This document shows positions 8,821-20,000 of a stretch of 20,000 nucleotides of DNA, piece by piece. The stretch is from NCBI GenBank assembly GCA_030770535.1, contig JASVEC010000018.1:1044194-1064193 (forward strand), read 5' to 3'. The stretch comes from Batkoa obscura (taxonomy: Eukaryota). The first letter of the stretch is position 1, and each line of letters begins with the position of its first letter. Position numbers and translations under genes: made by a program. The notes beneath the pieces were generated by a model. The model made no database searches. It was not told where the DNA came from and saw only the letters and a program-made list of their open reading frames with translations.

Positions 8821-10442
8821 TGTTGTTTTTTAAAAAGGTTCTGGATGAAGATTCTTGTTAAAAATTTGAAAAAAGGTTCTAAGATACTAAATTTTATGAT
8901 TGCAACTTTTATTATTTTGACTCAGCACTTTAAACCAATTAAAGTACTAACCTTGGACTTTATTGATTCAATGGGTTTATTCCATTGGTTGGTCTTATAT
9001 ACAATCTTGTCATTTTTGCTTTTTAAGCCAATCATAATTCTGGGTTCAACTGCTTAATTAATGGAATTAAGCTGGGGATTATAATTACCTGTTAGTAAAC
9101 AGTTGAATTCAAATGCTTAATTTTATATAATCGAAAACAAAGCATTTTATATCATATTAAAATGAATATGTGATATATATGACAATTATAACATTTCAGT
9201 TTCATTTATTAAAAAGTATTAAAATTCTTAATTTATTAAGCAAAATTATTAAATAAAATCAAAAAATGGGATTCAATTTGAAGGGCCACAGTTTAAAGTG
9301 AGACAATTTGAGTATGTCATTTTTAAAATTTATTTCATTTTTCCAGCTAATATTAAAAAACAGACACAATAATGAAAGACAGTCTTATTATATAAGCTAC
9401 TTTCTTAAATAATCCAAGATTTTTAAAAAAGAAGCAGGTAATTGGGTACAACATCAATTTTGTTTTTTCTCATTATTTTTTTAAAACCTAACTCGATTTT
9501 ACTATTACAATTTATCATTCTTACCAGGTAGCTTAGTCAAAGGTTTTTTAGATTGCTTTACAATTTATCATCTATTTTTTCAATATACTTATTACCATTA
9601 CTGGCAACTAAATTTATTTTTTTAGCTTTAGAACATTTTGTTTTAATTCCTAAATATTTATTAAAAGCAATTATTAGCATATAAAAAGTAGTCTTTACTA
9701 TACCAGAAATCCTCTTTATCATATTAAATACATTTATTACTAAATAAGCAATATAGTACAAAATCAGAAGAACAAAATATGTTAAAACAAAATACAACTA
9801 TGCTATTAAACCGCCTACTATTTTATTTTGTAAATAGAATTAATTGTTATACTCTCAAAAATAAAGGTATCAGAGTTTTTTACCACTATTTCTACAAGTA
9901 ACAATGACTTATTAATAAATGACGGTTATTTTATGAAAAATAAAATACTCATTAGTTTAAAACAAATTTTGTTACAGTTCCTTAGTAAATGAAAGGTAGT
10001 TTTTTAAGTTCTGATTTAACTCAGAAATTTTTTTAAAATAAACTTGAAATCAAGAGCTTAAAAAAAATAGATAAGTAATTTAGTAATAGTATATAATTTA
10101 TTATCCTATCTTTAATACTAATCATTAAAGTAAAAAATCTATTTTTAATATTAATTAAAAATGAAAATTTGTATTTCATTTACTATTTATTAGAAACATA
10201 AAATGAACTCTTTATAAATAATTTCCATTCTTGAAATGTTAGCTTCAAATAAAAGTGCTATTTCCGTTGGTAAGATCGATTTATTCCAAGATAAAATTAA
10301 ATTATATGAAACTAAAGATTATTAGCAGTTAAAGTATTTCTTAAGAAATAACTAATATAATTTAACAAAATACTCCATTTACATAGTTTCATCCTTTAAC
10401 AATGAATACTTAAAATAAAAATAAAAATAATCATTATTAGAC

Positions 10443-10452
10443 TATATATAAA
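10443..10452 (+). promoter_or_regulatory. Putative TATA box
   Basis: TATATATAAA about 100 bp upstream of the ATG at 10549, followed by a pyrimidine-rich stretch. Weak evidence in so AT-rich a genome. Confidence 0.35.
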
Positions 10453-10548
10453 TACTTAATTTCTTTTATTTTTTAAACTAATTTTTACACTTTACATTTG
10501 CTATTTTATTATATTGTCTGCATCCTTCTTTTATAATTCAATTACAAT

Positions 10549-10714
10549 ATGCTACAAAAAAACCTAATATTGAGCATCCTCATTGTATCTTTAATCCGTG
10601 GTCAAGCATTAACCATAGATAAAGAACCCACTCCAATATTGCCTAATACCGTTCAACAAGAGAATTCAAATACAAATAATTTAACAATTAACAATAATAA
10701 TAACGAAGCATCTG

Positions 10715-10781
<67 letters not shown>

Positions 10782-13666
10782 GTAATAGTAATAATAATAA
10801 TAATAATAATAACGAAGCATTTAATAATAATAAAAACATACCAAATATAGAAAATAATCTCTCATTACCACCATCAAATGAGTCGGTTACTCCAGCCTTA
10901 TCAGGACAGCCTAACATCCCTTCGGATATACTACAACCAATGAATAACAATAACCTACCATCCACTAACAATACTCCTTCTATAAACGCAGCAACACAAG
11001 TAAAAGCGAGTGAACCAACTTTATCACAGGAAATGAATAACAATAGTATGCCACGTATAGTAAATAACCCACCGAAAGAAATGAATAGTAATAATATTCC
11101 ACCAGTAGTAAATAACGAATCTATTAGTCCCGCACCAATAGTAAAGTCCAATGAAGCTAATTTACCACAAGAGATGAATAATAATAACACTCCGCCTGGA
11201 GTAAATAGCCCATCGCAAGAGAACAAGAATATTCCATCTCCAAATGAAATACAAGAAGTTGATAATAATGGTATATCATTGAGTATGAATAATACAGCTA
11301 CAGCTTTACCTCAAGAGAATAAAAACGCCGCCTCCACCTTGCCACAGGAAATGAATAAAAACAACCAAGGTTTAAGCATGAAAGATCTAGCTCTAAAAGC
11401 CGCTGAAGAAATGAAAAATAAAATGCAATTAAATGCTGCACAAGAGGAGAGTAATGACACTCTAAATTTACCAAAGGAAATGAATAATAACAATGATTTA
11501 CCATTAAGAAAGAATACACTTTCTTTAAATGTTGTACAAGAAGAAAAAAAGATTAATCCAGAGATAGTAAATGGAATCAATAGTAATAATATTCTACCAT
11601 CAATAGAGGACAATAACTCAGCCGTAAAGCCAGTACAAGAGGTGAAGGCTAACGAACCGTCCCCAGCTAGGGAAATGAACAATGATAATATACCAACGAC
11701 AATGAATACTTCAATTACAGATACGGAACAAGAGATGAAAAGCAATGAACTTAGTAATACTCAAGAAACGAATAATAATATTCCTTTAAATGTAAATCAG
11801 GAGACAACTAATATCAATTCAGAAATGACTAAAAAATTTAATACTACAGGAGGTAAACCAAACAAATCTCAAGGTATGGAAGATTCAAACCAAAGTATTT
11901 TGTTCGATGAAAATAAGTTACAACGTATTGGTATGTCTGAAGAAAATATATTAAATCAACCATCAAATAAAGTTAATTCTACTACTACAAACAGTATGAT
12001 GGACGTTAATAATAATAATAATAATAATTTATTAGCTGGTATGAATGAAGTACGAGAAATTACAGATGAAGATTTAATGAATGGAGATGAAATGATCACT
12101 GTTACTAATAATAATGAAGAAGGAAAAGAAGATAATAATTCGGAATTTAAGAGAAATTATATAAATATGATGAATTCAATGAATAAAACTAAAAAGAATG
12201 AAATAGCCATAAACGAAGAGATTCAAGGTATTTCAAAGCAAGAAGAAATGAAAGAAGTCGAAAATCGAACCAATAATGATAAACCAAAGAAAGCCAAGGA
12301 TAATAAAGAATTCAATAATTTAAAAGAGAATCAAAGGTATATGAATATAGTCAATTTAAATATGGAACCTATGAGAGAAGAGCTCAACACTAACAGAAAT
12401 CCTTTTGATTTTGACACTTTTAGTGAAAAAGAAGAAAAAGATATTGATATTAATAAAGAAAGAGAAATGATTGAGAGAGAACGAATTGGTAACATGAGAA
12501 AATTACAAGAAGTAAATGATCGAAAAAACCCAGCTTTTGTTGCTCCATCACCTATTTTAATCCAAGATTTAAAACCAATGAGTAATCGACCATTACTACA
12601 ACAACAACCACAGCAGCAACCTTCTAAAATGAATATGGTACCTAATAGAGAATCGGAAGATGCTAGAAATGATTTTATAATGAAAAAACAATTAAGTAAT
12701 AATAATAACAACTTAAATATCGATTTAATGGAACCAATATTACCGCCACAAGGAAATTCAATTAATTTAAATCCAATTTCTAATATTCCTTTTAATAATA
12801 ATGAAGTGAATAAAATTGATATGAATACAGATAATATTGTAGGGATGAATAGTGATATGAATACTATGAATGCTATAAACAACAATATGAGTTCCATGAA
12901 CAATGACGTCGACATGAATATGAATTCCATGGCTCCAATGATTTCTAACCAACCTCCTATCCCCTCTACTCAAGACTCACAAACAAGTATTCAATCTTTA
13001 TTAAAAAACCAAGCTAATTTTGCTAATTCTCAACCCCTTCTTAATACCTTCCAAGCACCTATTATTATTGATAAAACTTACCTTAATTCTCAACATCAAC
13101 ATCAACAGCTTCAAAATTACATTTATAATCTTAAATGTAAAAATGAAAAATCTACAATTACCCCCACTCCCGCTACTACAGCAACAGTGACTTCCACTAA
13201 AATGATTAAGGTTACAGAAACTTCTACAGAGACAAAGTATCTAAGAATTACAGAAACTAAAATGATAATGAGAACTTTGACATCGACAGTAATGAAAACA
13301 ATTCCTACTAATTTAGGATATAGAGGTAGGGATTATGTAAATAATGGACAAATGGAATATCCAAGAGTGATGAATGAAAATGAAAACCAAATGATGGTGG
13401 GAGATAGTTATAATAATGAAATTAATTCGAACAATGTGAATAATTATAATAATAATGAACCCAGTAATAGTAGCAGTAGTAATTACATCTATAGTACTAG
13501 TAGTACTTATAGTAATAATGAAAATAACATCCATAGTATTAGCAATTTCAATTATAGTAGTATTGATACTATTTCATATAGTAACAATCGAAATTTTGAA
13601 ACTTCTAGTAACATTGTACCTACTAAAACGGTGTTATTTTTAGAATCCCCTTCTTTTAGTTATTAA
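10549..13666 (+). CDS. Secreted Asn/Met/Pro-rich low-complexity repetitive protein (~1038 aa), frameshifted at ~10780
   Basis: ORF 10549-10785 begins with a signal-peptide-like MLQKNLILSILIVSLIRGQA. The +1 frame is open from 10781 (SNSNNN..NEAFNNNKNIPNIEN...DILQP) straight into the 908-aa ORF at 10940-13666. Internal (Q/K)EMNNNN..P repeats and a Thr-rich segment near the C-terminus; no introns needed. Confidence 0.75.
10717..10810 (+). repeat. Coding (AAT)n microsatellite / poly-Asn
   Basis: 21 perfect AAT units at 10717-10779, an out-of-phase A, AGTAATAGT, then 7 further AAT. Flanked by a duplicated AATAATAATAACGAAGCAT. Confidence 0.95.
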
Positions 13667-13891
13667 TATTAAATAAAAGAATTGATATTTTATTTACTTT
13701 ATCCTTTTTTTTATTTAATATTCAATCAAGTTAAATTTAAATGAATAATTAAATTATTGTTAAAAAATACTTAATTAAACTAGAATATTTTTTTAATCAA
13801 AAAAGAGAGAAAAAGAAGGAAAGAAAATTCGTAAAAAAGAGAGAAAAAGAAAAGAGAGAAACTAACTTAACATACTACTTCACTCATCGTA

Positions 13892-16139
13892 TTAAAAGAA
13901 AATATTAGTTCCTTGTCCTTGACTTTGTTGATTTTGATTTTGATTTTGATTAACACTTCCAAATGGATTTGAATTATTAGTATTACTTGTAGTAGAATTA
14001 AATCCACTATTGATATTACTAAATAAATTATCATTACTTAAGCTATTATTTAAATTATTATTATTATTTAACATTGGACTTGGGTTATTAAACAATTGAT
14101 TTAAACTTGGACTAGAATTTGAATGATTGTTATTTGTAAATAAATTACTATTATTATTAGAATTCATTTGAAATGGATTATTATTTAAACTATTATTATT
14201 CATTCCCAGTTTGTTATTATTTGGTGAATTAGAATTAAATAAATTTAAATTATTACTACTATTATTATTAGAACTAACACAAATATTAATTTTCATATAA
14301 ACATAGTTTTCAAAATAATTAGTTACCTATTATTATTATCTCTTTCAGCTGCAAACGAAGCAAACGGATCAATTTTAGAACTAAATAAATCAATTTATTA
14401 ATATTTAGTTCTCATCAACCATAATATTGAATATTATTACCTATTACGAGCCACTTCTGCCAATGCTGTATTAGCATTATTGACTTTTTGATGAGGTAAC
14501 AATTTAGCTTTAAATCCACCATCAAATTGATTATTAAATTGAGAATTAAATCCTGTCGCTGTATTATTATTATTATTTTGATTTCCTTGCTGTTGTTGAT
14601 TTAATTGAAATATATTAGTATTAACTTGATGATGATTCATTGGATTATTATTTTGATGAAATGGATTTGATTGGTTAAAACTGCTCATACTATTATAGCT
14701 TGTGTTATAATTACTTGTGTTATAACTTGTATTAGAACTAAATGCTAAGGGATCAAGTCCTAATAAATCAGCTGTTCCACTTTTACTATTAGTGCTAGGA
14801 TCATGAATTATATTTCCAAAAAAATCATATTGCTTTAAATGAGATACGGCAGAGGTATTTTTTTCACTAATTAATTTATAAAATCAATTAATGAATTATA
14901 CTGATTATTATAATAAATTAACTTACTTTGGATTATAATCATCTAGTAAAACCAATTCATTTTCTTTAGCAATAGATTGCTCTCTCATTTGAGCTTCTTT
15001 TTCTGCTTCTCTTTTGCTTAATTCAAGTGCATATTGGAAATCTTTATCACTACTAATATAAATATAAATATAAATATATACATAAAACATAACAACATAC
15101 TTATCTGTAAGTCCAGTTTGAGTTCTTTGAATAGGGTTTCTTTCAGCCATTCTTTTACTCTCTTCAATAGCTAATTGGAGATCTCTATCTTCATCTGACA
15201 TGCCATGTTGTTTATTATTTTTTAAATAACTTGAATTCATACTACCATAGCCACCACCGCTTGAATAATTGGTTTGATTCTCATTATAATTGTAACCACT
15301 TCCACTAGCATATCCAGTAGATCCAAATCCGCCTGTACTATTATGATTGTTCCCATAATTATTATTCATTTGATTATTAATCCCTTTTCTCATTTCTCTT
15401 AATTTACTATCATCTGTTAATAATTCTGTTAAACTATTAGCTTTATGGCGAACTAATAAATAAATAGATATCATTAGTATCATAGAAAACAAATCACATC
15501 ATTGTCATAATTCTATTACTTACCATTAGAACCTTGATCTCTAGCTTGATCATCAATATACTGAAATTCCCTTAATGTTTTTATACGATATAAATTGGAT
15601 TTAAAATGATTTAATGCCTCTTCAGAACCAAACTGAACTAAATATTCCATTAATGTTAAAGCCTAAAAAATTAAAATTAAAAGATCAATACAAGTTAATA
15701 AGGAGAATATTTCATTTACCTTAAAAACATGACGCCATTGTTTACCCGCGTCATCTAATCTTTTATCCAAAATTTCCATTACTTCAATGAAGGTATGGCT
15801 AATATTTTGAAAATGGTAAATTTAATAAACTAATATTTTTACTTTTATAAAATAAAAATCTTACTGTGAAAATGTAGCTCGAGCAATTTCACTTAATGTT
15901 TTAGCACTTGGTCCAACCGGATCATTTGAAGTAGCATCCCTTACTTTAACTTGTATCTCAGAGTAATTAAATGTCATGTTTTTACTATAAATAATAAAAT
16001 AATAAATAAACGAATCTTAATTTTATATAATTAAACACTCTCTTTCACTCTCTTTTCAACTATATATACATAAATACAATAAATGAATAGCCACTTACAG
16101 TGTACGTAAAGTACCCTTTGCTTTAATTGGAATTGACAT
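13892..16139 (-). CDS. Epsin (Ent1/Ent2-like endocytic adaptor: ENTH, 2 UIM, NPF motifs), ~572 aa, 9 exons
   Basis: Exons 16139-16099, 15984-15865, 15798-15720, 15662-15524, 15452-15101, 15052-14927, 14866-14441, 14380-14327, 14273-13892; all GT-AG and phase-consistent. ENTH motifs YSEIQVKVRDATSNDP.GPS, WRHVFKALTLMEYL, IKTLREFQYIDD..RDQGSNVR.KA. UIMs DEDRDLQLAIEESKR and DKDFQYALELSKRE. Three NPF, one DPF and a DLL motif. Confidence 0.93.
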
Positions 16140-16751
16140 ATTGTTATTTTGTTACTTTTATTGGAATATTTTTTATAAAAAGAATAAAGTGCGATTTTTT
16201 TAATAAATAGAAAAATCCAAACTTTCGTTGATTGAAATGAATTTAGCGATCTTTTACCACCTGATAAAGCTTAAAGTTGAATTGTAACTCCAAGCATTAT
16301 TGAAACTTCATTGGTTCATTTAGCAAATTAAAAGAAGGTGAATAATTGTTGAATCATTTTATGTTTCATTTATTTTAATAATACATTAGTTAAATACTTC
16401 CTTTTTTTGTTAGTTGTGATTGGAGGTTTTTTTGTAGTATTTTATTTTTATATACTCTTTTATTTTATTTCTGCATACTCTTTTACTTTATTATAATAGT
16501 TAATGAAATCCTAAATTTTTGTTCTTATGTGGCAACTTGTGATTCTTAAAAAAATCAATGCCAACTTTTTGATAATTTATGACCAAGTGATGACCAAATT
16601 TAGCTTTTAGTCGAAATTCTAAATAGAACAACATATACTTAAAAAAACCAGTTTACTTTTTTGAGTAAAAATTTAAAAAATTTAAAACGAAATAAAAAAC
16701 TATTTTAATTTTTGTTACTAAAAAATAAATATAAACTTTTAAAATCTTAAT

Positions 16752-18066
<1,315 letters not shown>

Positions 18067-18883
18067 TCTTTTGAATGTTATTATTAGAAAAGAAGATAGT
18101 AAAATTGAAAGTTAAATTTGGATTGTATTTATAACATTTGAAAATTTTAGTTGATTATGTCACAGCTCATTTAACTAAAAAAATCGCTTCGATGTTAATT
18201 GGTTATGTTTTTTAAAATGCTTTTCAATTGGCTTGATCGAGCACTTAACTTACTCTTTTAGACAAAATGGTTGAATTTTAATTATTATTATAAAGATTAA
18301 TATTAATAATATTTGTTTTATATTTTAACTTACTTTTTTTATCTTAAAAAATAAACAGGTATTTTATGTTTCTCTTATTATTACAATGTTAATAAAGTAT
18401 CAATAATTTTTTTTATTGTATAGTAATTGAAATTCAAATCTAACTTCGTTAAATTTTATAAACTGATCTTACAAATACAAATAAGTTCGCTTTACTCATC
18501 AGCAATAAGATTAAATTTTTATTATTTATTATAAGTCATATAATTATACTTGAATAAATTCAAGCTTCTTTATTTAATTTTGATATGGACAATTAAATTA
18601 CAATTGTTATTTTTAACTAAATAAACACTCATTTAACATTTTTGTTTTATTAGCTTAATTTTAAAGTGGTGTAATTTTTAACATTCTAATATTAATCAAG
18701 TGTACTATTTTATAAAATAAAAAAACAATATAAGCTTAAAAAAGCAAGACAAAAGAAATGATAGATAAAAAGTTGAAAATTAAGTAACTAGAAAATTAAA
18801 TTTGGTTTCTATTCTCTTTTTAATCAAAAAAACCGAGAGTAAGTATATAAAAAAGGAGCTGATAATTAGAAGCGATAACGTAT

Positions 18884-18980
18884 GGGGATGTATTTTTGTC
18901 TTTAAGGATTTTACTAATAATTTTCCTGCTCAAATAGTGCTTAAAAGATGGAAAAAGTGATGAAGCCAAAAAACATTCTC
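18884..18980 (+). mobile_element. MITE-like repeat, copy 5
   Basis: AT-GGGGATGTATTTTTGTC...TTTTACTAA...CTCAAATAGTGCTTAAAAGATGGAAAAAGTGATGAAGCCAAAAAACATTCTC-AT, colinear with copy 2. Confidence 0.85.
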
Positions 18981-19055
18981 ATGTTCTATTGTGCTACAGT
19001 TATAAAACAGTAGAATGAAGATCAACAATAGTATATACTTTTTGTATTAGGATAA

Positions 19056-19731
19056 CTAGCAAGGATTTTTTTTGAGCTTCCTAACAACTCTACTCAAAAA
19101 GAAATTCATTTAAACTGTGCAAAAGACCACAAATGAAAAAGTGTTAATATAAAAACTTTGACATTATCATTAGGATGTAAAACATTTGTGGACCAAATTA
19201 AACAATTGTACTTGATGGATTACAGTAATGTTAGATGTTTTGTTGGCACTCATATGTATTCCTTGCTCCAAACCATAAAGATGAATGATCATCCCTTTTG
19301 GATCAAAGTAAAGCCTACATTAAATGTCAGTGTTGATAATGAGAGAGACTATTACTTATGTACCCAACTTTGCCATCAAGTCAGATAAATCAATGTTGGT
19401 AGTGTTTGAGGATATAGATACTAGAAATGCTGGGTATGTTGACAAAGTTAAAAAAATTTGGGATATGGATGAAATCTTTGCAGCTACTCATAGCATGCAT
19501 ATAGTCAAATCAACAAACATTTATGATATCAGGGTCATTGATATTCTATTCCCTTTTTACAGAGCGGAAATAAAGTTGGATTATATTAAGGAGTCAATGA
19601 TAGGCCTGCCTATAAACTGACATCCCCATATTTATTGATATTCAGATCTTGGTAATTTTTATTATAAAACTAATGCCTCAGATTTTCGTAAGTTTGGGGA
19701 TTATAAAATTATTGAAGTACTTAAGTCATAA
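19056..19731 (+). pseudogene. Decayed intronless ORF, possibly transposase-derived
   Basis: Two overlapping frames (19056-19388 and 19324-19731) joined by one frameshift, with three internal TGA codons (19134, 19618, 19636). Loose resemblance to the MULE SWIM region, but the cysteines are absent. Confidence 0.35.
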
Positions 19732-20000
19732 ATGGCATAGTCTTTTATAAAAAAATATAAGATAGAAAATAATCAATCTCTAGTTTTTCAAATCCAATAT
19801 TAACTTTACTTTGCGCTAATCAGCTATTGAATTTTGTAAATAAAACAGCTTTAATAATTGCATACTATTTTTACTTGAAATCTTAGTTTAATGAGCTCAT
19901 TATATAATTTAATACATCAAAAAATACTAGATTAGCTTAAATTTTAAATAGTTATAGTTGAATAAAAAAAGCCATTAGTTAGAATCTATTTGTTTTAAAT

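Noticed and set aside
7646..9797. ORFs 7646-7894, 8085-8315, 8380-8562, 8845-9057, 9558-9797
   Set aside because: Antisense or alternative-frame overlaps of the CCCH gene, or I/L/F/K-rich chance ORFs in AT-rich intergenic DNA.
10681..13643. Several hydrophobic ORFs overlapping the Asn-rich gene
   Set aside because: Antisense or off-frame products of AAT-rich codons (poly-Ile/Leu), not independent genes.
13800..13860. Purine-rich AAAAGAGAGA repeats
   Set aside because: Low-complexity sequence in the short gap between two convergent genes; no evidence of a distinct element.
19620..19631. Solo TIR ACATCCCCATAT closing a composite element from 18884
   Set aside because: The match is only ~12 bp with no MITE body, and the decayed reading frame continues through it; probably chance, though not excluded.

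Overview
Very AT-rich eukaryotic DNA with short (48-114 nt, mostly 50-70 nt) GT-AG introns. It looks fungal, plausibly an early-diverging lineage (inference only). Four intact spliced genes, all on the - strand, could be reconstructed by hand: proteasome beta-4 subunit (PRE1/PSMB2), a ZC3H11-like triple-CCCH protein, an epsin (ENTH-UIM-NPF) and mitochondrial enoyl-CoA hydratase. Two + strand genes are each broken by one frameshift: a small EF-hand protein resembling a stand-alone Miro EF/ELM module, and a ~1040-aa secreted Asn/Met-rich repetitive protein. The intergenic space holds an intron-retaining STI1/HOP pseudogene, other decayed ORFs, and five copies of a ~95-bp MITE-like element (GGGGATGT...ACATCCCC, mostly AT-flanked). 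One copy sits inside the STI1 relic, which allows the target site to be reconstructed; it suggests an AT duplication (ISL2EU/PHIS-like). Two other copies form a ~255-bp foldback. No prokaryote-type defence system, CRISPR array, rRNA or tRNA was seen. Homology calls are from remembered motifs, not database searches.
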